Assembly: GCA_024679065.1 (NCBI GenBank)
Contig: JAGIQG010000019.1
Coordinates: 23,622,001 to 23,686,000, forward strand
Direction: 5' to 3'
From: Sphyrna mokarran
Lineage: Eukaryota
Length of the DNA: 64,000 bases
Shown here in pieces: positions 47,896 to 60,959 of this stretch. The notes under the pieces were generated by a model, which was not told the DNA's origin, did not search any database, and saw only the letters and a list, made by a program, of their open reading frames with translations. Each line of letters opens with the position of its first letter. Within the stretch, counting starts at the first letter, position 1. The position numbers were made by a program, and so were the translations under genes.

Positions 47896-50580
47896 CTTTT
47901 CCAATCAGCGAGGAAAGAGAGAGGGAGAGAAAACAAGCAAGAATTCAGAGTACAATTCTCTGGTTAAAAAAATACATATAATAGTTTCTATACATTATTA
48001 TTTTCTTCCAGTTGTCCATTAATTCATTTAGTTCCCCCTTAATTCCACAAATGAAACACTTTCTCTATAGCAAAAAGCTACATATCTATTCACATTTTCA
48101 TGTGATCTTCGTTCGAGTAAAATTCCTATTCTCTCATCACCTTGGTATGAATCCTATTTTAATTTTTCCAAGTCCAAGAATTGTAGATCGAACATCTATG
48201 GTGTGCAACTGTTTTAGCCAATCATCATTAGATTTGCTTGAACCACATAAACCACCACCAGGTCTGTTTTTGCTCAACTGTCAAAATTGGTCACTAATCA
48301 GGAATCACCCTGGAATGCAAAAATACCAGTCCCCTGCTCTGAATCCTCCAACATAAATGCATTCAAATAAAAGAAGCCAATATTTAAAAGCCCATACATA
48401 GCACTGAAAAAAGTCCATGTTATGGGACAATTTTTAGAAGCTGGCCAAACCTTGTCTCAATATTCCAGGAAACCTTGAGATTGAATGTTAAAAAAAAATG
48501 CTAATCAACAGATTATTCATGTTCATAAGTCACTGATGATAAACAGCATTTGTAAGTACTAATCTAGCATAAGAGAAGCAGACTGCATATGATTATAAGT
48601 TTATCAACAAACTTTTTTTAAAAAAGTTGTAAGCCTTGACCCAGACAGTTTAGACCAAACCTTAGCATTAGAATATTAGAGGAGAGGGGGACAGGTTCAC
48701 ATACCCATACCTCTCTTCTGCCTCCATTAAAAACTGTAAATCAGAACCTTGCTGTTACATTAAACCCTCTTCTTTGCACCCGGAGTTAATACACACAATT
48801 AAAGATAGGCCAATCAGCTCCTCGTGTTACACACTTCCTGATATTTTCAAGCCTATTCCCACCAAACTGTTCACCAACCAATTTTCCTCCCCAATCCACA
48901 TGCTTGTTGACATTGTGAATAACTCCCTCTTCTTCAGTAATACACTCTCCATTTTCAAATATTGTTATCACTCACTTTCCAACAGAGAGACCTTGTCACC
49001 CTTGCAGACCACCACATCTTAAAGTTGAAGCTTACTTATCAGTGTACAAGTATCTTATGTTAAGATGAAGTAACACGAAGCAATGAAGTTACTGTGAAAC
49101 TCCCACAGTCGCCACACTCCAGTGCCTGTTCAGGTTCGTGGAGGGAAAAGTTAGCATATCCACGCACCCAATATCTACTGTCTTTTTTCATCCATTGTTC
49201 TCGAATGCATTGTTACCTTCCAAACTTCTACCCACTTTTCCCCAACTTCCCCTCTGCCACAGCACCAAAATGACACTGCCTCAATCAGAAATAACATTCT
49301 CTGATTAAGATTGTCTTGCACTTTCAAGCTCCTACTTTGTGACCAATCTGCAGCCTTTCACTTAATCACACCTCTTTCTTCAATGTCTCTCTTCCATTAT
49401 CCACCTAGTACAACTGCCCTCACCTGGTTCCATCTTACCTAACTGTAGTCAGAAGATCTTCTACAATAGATTTAATTATTGCATCAGTACTGTTACCTCT
49501 GATCCCTGCAGTACTGATTCTTGGTTTCCTTTAATTGTTTACATGCTGCCAAGGGGCAGCATATTCTGAAGACAGTGTTGTGTCCCACATATACGGCACA
49601 CAGTTCTATGCCAAGTCCACTTTAAACCACACCCCCACTCCCCCCAATGAACATTGGGTTGACCCAGACAGTTTGTAAACTTAGTACCTTCAAACTGAGT
49701 TTTCGACCATATCATCACAACTACAAAGATTATCCACTTCCATTTGCAAAACAGGACAATGGACATAACAGGCAACTTTTGAGATGAAAACAATTGAAGA
49801 GTAATGTACATTTTACTGAAGTTCACTGCATGATATTTCATGAATCCTTGGAATCATTGCCTAAATTGGCAAACAATGTGCACTTCTTTCACTTGTACGT
49901 TAACATAAGTAACACAAAGAGACACACGGATGCATGCACGTATAAACACAAAGCATGGACAAACACAGGTATATTATTTTTATATTTGAGAGATTTCCAT
50001 TGACATTTTCAACAAGAATATTACACATCTTAACAGGAGTATTGACTTTTCATGAAGAGCAACCATTACAAATGATTACTTTGCCTATTTTTTAAAAAGT
50101 TTTATGGATATCTCCCCACCCATGTGTATCCTGTTCAAACAGTAATTGTAGCTGAAAAGTGTACTTGAGTTTTGGCTTTTATCAATAGCACTATTTACTA
50201 ATGACAAAGTATAAATAAATAAGACAAAATAGTTCTCATTAAAATTTTCCTTTCTTGCACAGAAATATTTGGCCTGAAGTCAGAGATTAGAAACTCAGAG
50301 CAGGCAGAACAAAAATCTAATTTATGACCCAGGCATTTCACAATAGGATATGTCAAAACAACCACTTTTGTGAAGAAAATTCTATTTCAATATTGGCATA
50401 TGCAGCCTGTAATGTAACACTAAATACCTTGATAGTTTAAACCCAAAATGGATTTGTGACAAGTCAAAACAAGAAAGAAAATTCAATTTTCTAGATCAGG
50501 TACCATCTCAAATCAGATGTTGGTTTGAAAAGTCTGAATACGGAGGGAAAAAGAAAAAAAAAGCAATACAGAATCAGTAC

Positions 50581-50737
50581 CTGCTGTGCACTTCTTGGAG
50601 TCTGCAAGTGTGACTGTAATCGTCGAAGTAGGGGTACACCATTTCTTGATTGTCGTTTAAGTGTCCAGTAAACATATAATCTCTGTATAAACTGTTTCTT
50701 TCGTGGTACTGACACCTGACACATTATTTTGTTTAGC
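50581..50737 (-). CDS. BRD1: BRD1 coding exon 2 (EPC-II: [53 protein letters not shown])
   Basis: tttgcAG|G acceptor, CAG|gtactg donor, 157 nt, phase 2 to 0; conserved YWxLKRxSRNGxPLLRRLQ motif. Confidence 0.96.
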
Positions 50738-51184
50738 CTGCAAAGAAAAAGCATCCTAAAGTAAACAATCATGAAGACATTCTTGGAAACTGAAGTCCAA
50801 GTGGTGAAGATGCTTTACTTAATATTGCAGCAACTTTCTCTTTGTCCATTATTTTAATTATTTTTAGTCAAAGACTAAACTCTCCTATTTTGTTCCACAA
50901 GCAAAACAAAGATCCAAGGACCAGTCAAAAATGTTAATTTTACTTCTCTCTCTACAGACATTTCTGAAACTGCTGAGTTTTTCCAGCACCTTGTTTCTAT
51001 TTCGGATTTGCAACATCCATAGTATTTTACTTTTACATTTTGTAGATGTTTATGGGATTCATTAAAACAAAAGAAAACGTCAGAGACTATGATAGTAATT
51101 TAGTGATGCTTTTACAATTTCTTGCTCTTACTACAATAAAAATGTGATTAATACTTTTGCATAAAAATGAGTAGAAACATGAAG

Positions 51185-51978
51185 GTGTCCTTGTCCAACT
51201 GCAGCAAGACCTGAACGTTATCTAGTTTTAGATTGACAAGGGGCAAGCACCACACAAATGCCAGACAATGACAACATTCAACAACAGAGAATTAATCAAC
51301 ATCCCTTGGCATTCAATGGAATTACCATCACTGAAATCCCTCACTATCAACATCCTGGGAATTGCAATTGATGCGAAACTGAATTGGATTAGCCACACAC
51401 ATACTGTAGCTACAAGAGGAGGTCACAGGCTAGGGATCCTACGGCGAGTAATTCAACACCTAACTTAAGCCTACTTACCAATAAGGCACATGCCAGGAGT
51501 GTGATGGAATACTCTCTACTTGCCTGGATGAATGCAGCTCCAACGATGGCATCAAGCTTCTTGAGTATTAAGGACAAAGCAGCCTGCTTGATTGGCACCT
51601 CTTCCACTGTCACTCCACCAACAATGACCAGTGGCAGCAGTGTGTATCATTTACATGATGCACTACAAGAACTCAACAAGTTCCCTTAGACATATTTTTC
51701 CAAACCCATTCAAAATGAACAAGAACAGCAGACATATGGGGAATTCCCCTCCAAGCATATACCAGCCTATCCCAGAAAGATATTGCCATTATTTCACTGT
51801 TGCTGGGTCAAAGTCATGCAACTCTTTCCCTAATAGCACAATGGGTGTACATACACCATAAGAACTGCAGCAGTTCAAGAAGGCATCTCCACCATCACTA
51901 TTTCAAGGGCAATTAGGGATAGGCAATAATTGCTGGCCCAGCCAGCAATGTCCACATCCCATAAATTAATTATAAAAA
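51185..51978 (+). mobile_element. CR1-clade LINE 3' fragment (partner of the 25042 SINE family)
   Basis: LQQDL..., INILGIAIDAKLNWISH...RLGILRR, RSVMEYSLLAWMNAAP, FTVAGSKSCNSFP; tail gggcaattagggataggcaataattgctggcccagcc. Confidence 0.8.
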
Positions 51979-52295
51979 ATGAAAAAAGTGTGGGTTCTGG
52001 ACAGGGGTGCTGAGGAGCTTGAAATTAAAAAAGATAGATACCTTTGCATGTTATGTTTAATTCATAAATATAATTGAATGTCACTGCACATTATTTGTTT
52101 AAAAGTAGGCTCCCAAACAACACTAATATTTAATAATCTTGACACTTTATTGCAATTTTACAATAAAACAATTTGCAACTGCATTACATGAGAAAATGTG
52201 AAAGGAAACGCAGTACAGATGTGATTGTTACAGACTGATTACAAAGATTCTTCCCTAATGTCCAAAAATAATGAAAAGTTAGGCAACCAATTTAT

Positions 52296-53027
52296 GGGGA
52301 CGATCTTATGAAAAAAATTGGATGAGCATGAAAATGAGAGATTTTCTAATCTGTTTTTTTGGATGAGTCCAAATCTGCCATTGTATCCATTTGGGCTAAA
52401 AAAAAATCGAAAACCGTTTCTCGCCTGTCAGGGAGGGGATGTGGCTCTGTCCCTCTGTTGACAAACCAAGATGCTGTCACTCAGTCTCTGCTACTGTCAG
52501 CCAGCCTCAAGTACAGCAACCCACACCCTCACAGTGAGCCCCTCCCAGCTCAGGCCGAACAACCTTGTAACCCCTCATCCCTGGATTGACACCGCCCCCC
52601 AACTATCTCAGAACCACCACACAACAGCCCCCCCTCCCAACAGCCCAGTTTGGCCCCATTCCCTCTAGTAGGCCCTGCCTGCCTGAGATCCCACCTGAGG
52701 CCTGGAGGCAGTGCCAGAGTACCAGGCTGACACTGCTCAAGAGGCACCCCATCTTTTCCCCAACATCTCCAATGGGGCCTCCATGGTCTCTGATTCTGGC
52801 CCAGATGATAATGTCCCAGGCTTGTTAATTCAATACAATATTTAATTTAAATAATTTATTCAGCCTTGTGCCAGAAACGGGCGTGAAGCTGACACCATCA
52901 GGTATCAGATATCTGTAAGATCCCAAGGAGTGAGAAATCAGGTACAAACCCAATTTCTTCTTCTTTTGCAATCTTACTGGCTCGCCCCACAAATCAGCTA
53001 GCAAGACGCAACAGTAAGATTGCCCTC
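52296..53027. mobile_element. Full-length Harbinger-like non-autonomous TIR element (732 bp)
   Basis: GGGGACGATCTTAT ... GTAAGATTGCCCTC imperfect TIRs; 3-bp TSD TAT (52293-52295, 53028-53030); C-rich interior. Confidence 0.6.
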
Positions 53028-54084
53028 TATATCTGCAACATAGGCATGTATGCTATGAAATTATTTCTGATTTTCAGTCTTGGGAGATATTCAGCAGGCA
53101 AAAGCCATTATCATTGGTGTAGAACACAAATTCACTATCCTTGTCATCAACCCCACACCCATTACCCAACTCGGTCACAAATTGATCCAGGTTGTCCATA
53201 ATTACACTGTCCTATTAAAACACAAGCTAAGCTTCCAGCCCCAAATCACCACATGAATCATCACCTACTTTAACTCAAATATAAAGACTTAGCCTCAATA
53301 CCAGCTCTCCTGCTACTGAAATCTATATCCATGTCTCCCTTCAAATGTGATTACTCCAATACTCTACAGCTTGGCCTCCCATCCTCTAAAAGTGCAGCTA
53401 GCTCATGAAAAACTCCATTGTCCAAACTTTATTTCTCACCATAACTGCTCCTCTCTTGTAATATCCTCCTTCATACCCACCTCAAAACAAGTTTTGGTTA
53501 ATTAGTGTAACTCAACACCCCTGTGAAAGATTGTATAAATCCTCAACACCCCTACAAAGACACTGTATTAATGCAAATTATTACTGTAACTACATACACG
53601 TGCACTCTGTTGCAGCTCGTCAGAATAACATGGCTAAAACATATATTCATGCTGCACTTAGCAAACAAGCCCACCTTGTTGATAACATTTTGAAATGAAG
53701 AAACATCCAATCAAAATGAAAATGCAATAGTACAGGGTTTTTAACTGTTCAATTGTGAAGCTAATTTTTGTTGATGAAAGTAGACAGTAGTGAGAAAGTA
53801 CCTCCAATGAATACCACAGATCTTAAAATGGATAAGAATTGAATATTAAGAATATCTGAAAGAAAGACTTTAAGACAAACTACATTTCACCATTTCAGGA
53901 CATCCAAAAACTAATTTAAGGTCAATGAAGTTCTCTTAAAGTGCACTCAGATTGCAATAGAGGAAACTTATCTTGGACTTGAGCTGACATGACAAACATG
54001 TACTGACCAAGAAGATGGAATCAATATTTAAATATAATCAAAACACACAAAATAAGTTAGCATCCTCATAGCTATCCAGCTTCA

Positions 54085-54520
54085 TTTCATACAAGAATCA
54101 TTCTTGGGATGAGAAATTTCAGTTATGAGGATAGGCTGAAAAGTGGGGACCCTTTCTTAGGGAAAAAGGCTGGGAAGAGATTTGATAGAAGTATTCAAAA
54201 TTATGAGGAGCCTGGATGCAGTGAACAGGGGAAACTGCTCCCACTCAAGAAAGAATTGAGAGCAAAGTGGTATGAATTTCAAGTAAACTGTTGAAGAGAA
54301 AACAGAAGTGCAAGGAAAAAAAGAGGCTTTTCACACAGCAAGTTTTAGGCAATGCATTCCAATTCCTTAAGAGTGCTGTGGATGAAAGTTCAATTGAGAC
54401 AGAGAATTAGATGATTATCTGAAAAGAAAAAAAATCTACATAGTGTTACTGGACAAAGGCAGGAGAATGACTATGGGTGAAATGGTCATTTGGAAACAGC
54501 ACAGACATGGGCCATTTCTT
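54085..54520 (+). mobile_element. Old CR1 LINE 3' fragment
   Basis: MRNFSYEDRL..., ttttcacacagc, frameshifted. Confidence 0.65.
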
Positions 54521-55474
54521 AACCTTGCTGAACTAGTTGACCTCAGTCCAGGCACAAATACAGATACAAATGTCCTTAATCTCCAGCTAAAGAGAGATAT
54601 ATTAGCCAAAATTCTACTTTGATTATTTTCCATTAAACGTACACTAGTTTAGTTGTGTTTGACAATAATCAATGGGCTAAATAGACCATCAATTCACCCT
54701 GCCCTTTTGCCAAATTATTGGAGGATTGTCATTTGTAAAACTAAACTGAATATTCAAATGTATTTCAGTGAATTAAAAATAAGCATAAATGCCTCTTTAA
54801 AAAGAACTAAGTAGTATATTACGAAAGCTCAAAAGCTGAAACGTAAATAGAAAATGGCAATAATCAATATTTGAGGGATAATCTTTGCTACAGCTGTTTT
54901 GAGGCCAATGTCCTTTCATTCTGAAATATCAACCTGAAACATTAACTCAATTTCTCCCTCCACAAATTCTGCTCAACTTGAGGAATTCCACTATTACCTG
55001 TTTTATTAATGGAATACATCGAAATTCAGGAAAATTCTCCCTTGCTAAAATGAAAAAAAACGATGACCACTTGATGCAAGCACAGATGTTGTCTTAAAAT
55101 AACAAACCTAGTGTTTTCTCTGTTTTATATGCAGTTGAATAATTATCTTTGAAATATTATTGTAACTTTCTTCTCTATTAAAGTAGATAGAGGAGGGGAA
55201 TGGGAAGATATTTTCCATTCAGCTAGTTCTGTTGATCATTACACATCCAAATTATGTCATCTGTAATATTTATTCTGCTGAGGTAAAAACAGTAAGCTGT
55301 TCAATCCACAATTTTGTCATAATTAAGATGTGCATTCAAATAGCATTCAGTAAGATTGTCTGACAGTCATAAAATGCAGTCTTGGTAAAAAAATGAACTA
55401 AATCGAATGTAACAATAATGAACCAGATATTTATCCAAACAAACACTAAAGTGACGGTTATTTATTGTTGATAG

Positions 55475-55795
55475 CATTGTCTTCCTGATGAGGTATTCAA
55501 CCAAAATCCTCATTTGTCCTCTTGTGTAGCGTAAAAGATGCCTCAACACTTGTGAACAAAAAGCAGGGAGTTCTTCTCAATGCCTTAGCTGATATCTACC
55601 CCTCACACAATACCTGAACGTATTATCCACTCATGATATCATTGCTTCTGGGGGCCCTTGCTGTGCAAAAGTTGACTGTGCCTATTACATTGCAACAATG
55701 ACAGTAATTCCAAAATATTTACTAGCTCTTAAACTTTGGGATGCACCTGAGAAAGTAAATGGGGCTATCGCAAATCGAGACATGCTTTTTCTTTG
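55475..55795 (+). mobile_element. DeuSINE fragment
   Basis: cctgatgagg...cgtaaaagatgcc...aagcaggggagttctt...ttgctgtgcaaaagttgactg...acattgcaacaatgac. Confidence 0.65.
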
Positions 55796-57394
55796 AAGTT
55801 ACAATTTTGAAATAAGAGACAAAGAAGTAGGAAGCCTGGTTAGTCACAAATTAAAGAATTACAACAGCATGAAAATTTAAAGATCTACATCAAGGTCTGG
55901 AATTTCCTAGATCCCTTGGGCAGAAAAGATGAAAAAAATTATGCCTGTTTCTATGCCAAACAAAGCTGCATGAACTTATGTCCAAATCTGTGGATAATTG
56001 CAGCACAGGGGCTGAGATAATCTACAACATTTTAAATGTGAAGAGGACACTCAGTAGAGTGCATATCTTCATTACGCCATGTTAACCCAATATTATTACA
56101 ATTATATAGCTCTTGATTGAGGCTCGTCCTTACCTGGTTAATGCTCCTAACTACAAACCTGAAAAAATATTAAAAGCTTCTATTTTATTGAGCAGGTTTC
56201 AGACCAGTCCACATCCAATAACCTATTTTGAAAACTCTGCTCACATTTTGACAACTATGACAAATTTCACCATACAAAAAAAAATCAATTCACCCTATGT
56301 TAAAGGATCTTCCAAAAATTCCAGGATTTAGATCTTCAAGAATTAATCAATTCTTCCTTGAGCCAAACCCAAACTGTGTTTGCTACAATGTAGCTTTTTT
56401 GCTACATTGTTTACAAACAGACTAAAATGGGACGAAAACATAACTTCTATTCACCTACAGTGGCAGAGATAACCAACAGGAATCAGGATAAACAATCAAT
56501 GCCTGAGGGAAATGTAAACGATATGGTGGCTTCCTTCTTTAAGCATGTACATCTTATTAACGCAATAAAAATTAAGTTTTAGGTCATTAAAGCATACTTT
56601 ATGCACACTAAGCAGAGCACATTTACAAAAATGCTGCTGTAGAAGCTTCTCTCAAAAGGCCACATAAGGAAAAGAAAATACACAGTATAATTTCCACATG
56701 AAATACACAAGAACAAAGACATTTGTATGAGTGAAATAACATTCTAGTGATTCAGGAATGGCATTAGTGATTGAGGACATTCACACATATGACCCTAAAT
56801 CAGTAAATAGTGAGTTTTCTTGGGCGGGTGGAGGGGCAAGTAAAAACTGACAATCTCACTCTTACTGTCATTACGCTAAAATGTTGAACAAAGTCTAGGC
56901 CAGAATTTTGCTAGGAAATGAGGCAATTAGCAATATTGTATTGCATTCTTACTTTATATTCTCATAAAATATAATTCTACAGTAGCACAGAAGTATTAAA
57001 AGTAAAAACAAAATACTTGCATTTGACTTTTGTACCATGAGTAGATCTAATAATCCACAATTTATTTATTTTCATCACTGGGAACTAAAAAGTACACAGT
57101 ACTATATTTGCCTCAGTCATAAGTATTTTAAGAACAAGATTAACTGCAGAGGATTCGAGACACTTCTACATTTCCTCCATCCATGTTTTTATTTAATAGT
57201 TTAAACAAACAATTTCACTTTGGTTTTAATTATTCAACTTCATTTTAAATTGAAAGAAAGCATCAGAAATTCAATTCAAGATCTCTGGCTTGAGAACATT
57301 GGTCATCCATGCTCCCATAAACAAAACATGACCCTGAAAGTATCAATGATTTGTTTCCCAAAAGTCCACATATGTACTGTGGCTCAAGAGCAGC

Positions 57395-57705
57395 ACTTTG
57401 GCATAGTGGAGAGCAATGCTGCCTCAGCACCAGAGATTGGGTTTCATTCCAGCCTTGGGAGACAGCGTGGAGTTTGCATATTTTTCCTGCATCTGCTTTG
57501 GCTTCTTTCAGATGCTCTGGTTTCCTGTGTAGATTAGGTGGATTGGCCGTGCTAGTTATCCCTTAATGTTCCAAGATGTGTAGGTTAGGGGGATTAGTGG
57601 GTAAATACGTGGGATTACGGCACAGGGCCTGGGCAAAATGCTCTGTCAGAGTGTCAGTGCAAACTTAACAGTCCAAATGGCTTCCTTCTGCATTATTGGA
57701 ATTCT
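57395..57705 (+). mobile_element. HE1/V-SINE, tail type A
   Basis: tggcatagtgg...tgctgcctcagcaccag...gtggagtttgca...ccaaatggcttccttctgca. Confidence 0.8.
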
Positions 57706-59436
57706 GCAACATGCAACTTTTTAAATTCTAGCTTAAAACATCCCAAGGAGCTTTTCAGGGGTGTAAGAAAATATAAAAAAGTGCAACAAATCAAAGATAA
57801 TATCAGAAAGCTGACCAAGGCCTGGACAAAAAAAACAAAAATTTAAAAGAGAATATGAAATTCAACAAGAAGTTGACAGACAGATGTCCTGAAACATGAA
57901 CTCTAAACAGCTGAAGACATAATGAGCCAAATGTAAAAATGTAGCATTGGAGGGAGTTACATGGCTGGGGAGCAGCAAGCCACCTCTAATGTTTATTTGT
58001 GCCCATATTCTCCATTGTAATATCCATTTCTTGAAAGCTGTCTGAAATATTAAGAGTCAAAAGCTTGCCTTCTATTTTCATTATACTCTCCATCTTACCA
58101 AATCAAATGATTCCCTTCCTCAACTAATCAGCCAAATCAAAGCACAGTGACTTTGGGAAGTGTTTCACAGACTTTGTATGGGCAATAGTGATCAAAGTGT
58201 ACCTAACAAGTTTTGGCAGCCATCACTCCACATCCACTAATCTGCATTGGTTTCTGGCCTGGCAAAGCTTTAATTTTAACATCCTTATTGTGTTCAAGCT
58301 CTGCAAGACCTCACACTCCCTATCTTTGCAACCTCTTCCAGTCAAACAAACTTCCCCAAACTCTGGCTTCTGATGCATTTTCCATTTTCTGCACCACATC
58401 ATTAACAAAAACAGCACCAGCTATCCAGACTGCAACACTTGAAAGGTTTTCTCTTAATATCTCCCAACTAAAACCCATCTCTTCAACCAAGCTTTTGGTC
58501 ACATGTCCTCAATGATTTTCTTCAATTTAGTAACAAATTTTGTCTATCTACTCTGATGTACCTTAGTGGACATTTTACTATATTACAATATGCTTATAAA
58601 CTGCAAGTAATTATTGATGACCCACATGAAAATTTATCTTAAAGAGGAAACCCTAAGAAATGCACTTAGTCAAATGGTAAGTTTCATGCAAGCTGATCTG
58701 ACATGTCTTAAAAACGTCAATTCCTTGCTACCACACTCACAACCAGAGTTTACTTGCCAAAGTATTGTTCTAAAGTGCCACCATTTACAGATGGGTGGTA
58801 AAACCTCAAACTGGTTCAAGAATGAATCTGAACTGTTTGGTCCTGAAGAAATATTGTCATCTCAGTGCATAATTAATGACTTCAGACCAGAGGGAAAAAA
58901 GATAATGTTTTAGGTTTTCATTGTCAGGTATGCAGTCAACTAAATGTGTTAATAATTTCTTCCATGAAATGTATTCTGCATGATGCATTCTTCTCCTTCA
59001 TGCACTAACAGTTTCTGCATTGCTTGTTTGAGTGCAAGACCTCATTTTGTCTTTAGCCTGTTAACTTTTTATCCATTTTCAGACAACGATCCAAACACTC
59101 AATAAATAAAAACTCACATCGCATTATACCAATAATTTGGGGCATAGAGCTCTGTGCAGATTACCTTCATTAGGCTTATGTTGCTATATCAAAATCTTGC
59201 TGTGGTTTCTCAGAGTGAATGAGTACTTGGAGCTTTCAGAAATGGGCTTTGACCAACAAGATGTTGGTGCTGGAAAGCTTTGTTTTCTGGAGAGGTGTCA
59301 AGGGGATATGTCACTGCAGTGCAGCTTGTGCATATTGGAAGTTTAAATGTATTAGATTGATCAAGAGAGCTGCTTTGTGCTCAGGCATGTAAATGGCTTC
59401 TTTCCTTTGCTGCTGCTGCTCAGAGTTTCCATTATA

Positions 59437-59839
59437 AGGCCTTATGAGGAAAGGCTGAGGGACCTGAGGTTATTTTCATTAGAGAGAAGGTTACGCGGTG
59501 ACCTAATTGAGGCGTATAAGATGATCAAAGGACTGGATAGGGTGGATAGTGAGAGCCTTTTTCCTCAGATGGTGATGACCAACACGAGGGGACATCACTT
59601 TAAATTAAGAGGTGGTAGTTATAGGGCGGATGTCAGAGGCAGGTTCTTTACACAGAGGGTGGTGAGGGCGTGGAATGCCCTGCCTGCAGCCATTGTGGAC
59701 TCGCCTACTTTGGGGGCATTCAAATGGTCAGTGGATAGGCATATGGATGATGTTGGTATAGTTTAGGTTAGAGGGTCCGCTGGCCGGCGCAACATCGAGG
59801 GCCGAAGGGCCTGTACTGCGCTGTAATGTTCTATGTTCT
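59437..59839 (+). mobile_element. Young 5'-truncated CR1/HER1-type LINE
   Basis: Uninterrupted C-terminal ORF (PYEERLRDLRLFSLERRLRGDLIEAYKMIKG...FFTQRVVRAWNALP); CpG-rich 3'UTR; TSD-like ATTATA at 59431-59436 and 59840-59845. Confidence 0.92.
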
Positions 59840-59934
59840 ATTATACTTTATTTCTATCTCCTAATGCTGTCACTTTCCTCCTTTTTCTCTCGTAATTTGG
59901 TCTTGTCACTATCCCTTTCTATACTTTTTCTTCC

Positions 59935-60405
59935 TTCAAGGAGAGTTGATTCCAGAGATGAAGGTCTTAGCTGACGAGGAGAGACTGAGTAGATTGGGCT
60001 TGTACTCTGAGTTTAGAAGGTTGAGGAAAGATCTTATAGAAACATATAAAATAATGAAGAGGCTAGACAGGACAGAAGCAGTGAGGTTATTTCCATTTAC
60101 AATGAAACAAGAACTAGGGGGTATAGCCTCAAAATACAGGGGAGTCAATGTAGAACAGAGTTAGGGAGGAACTTCTCCGAGAGGGTAGTGACTCTTTGGA
60201 ATTCGCTGCCCAATGAAGCAGTAGAGCTACCTCGTTAAATGTGTTTAAGTCACAGACAGATGGATTTTTAATCAATAAGGGAATTAAGGATTTTGGGGAT
60301 CAGGCAGGTAAGTGGAACTGAACCCACTATCTGATCAGCCATGATCTTATTGAACAGGAGCAGGCTCAAGGGACTAGATGGCCTACTACTGTTCCTATTT
60401 CTTAT
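59935..60405 (+). mobile_element. CR1/HER1-type LINE 3' fragment (same subfamily as 38030-38737)
   Basis: EERLSRLGLYSEFRRLRKDLIETYKIMK; 3'UTR gatcagccatgatcttattgaa...cctatttcttat. Confidence 0.9.
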
Positions 60406-60959
60406 TAGTGCAGGAGTGAAAGTGAGCAGTATTAGTCAGCAGCATAATATAGCAACACTGAAATAGCTAATAATGCAGGTGAGTCAGATTTACACAGCCT
60501 TTATTTTACAATCACTTCACATAAACAACATTAATTGGGGGGGGGAGTTCAGGACAGTGAATGGATGTAGTGCCAACTGCTAACAAAAGTGCAGCGTGTA
60601 TACAAATTCAAGGCTTTTGATTTGTGTGGTGGGAGCAAGAAAGGTTTGATTAGAGGGAGGGCAATTTAAAAATCAGAAAGTATTACTGAATTGCCTACAA
60701 AGTTTACATATTGTATGACTGACTGCATATCACATTTTTCTTTTCCAGAGTATGATTTGTTTGGAAAAAGACTTCGTCAATTGGCTGAGCAAAAGTGATT
60801 TCAGGTTTCCCAATTTATTTGGTTCAAGGAACTCTACAACACAAAACATGGAAAAAATAATTTTTTTTACTTATCATTAAACTCCTTTCAGAGACTGCAG
60901 ATTTCATAACAAAGCCTAGAATGAAAACATGTATTGAACAAATTTGCAAAGTCACTCAC

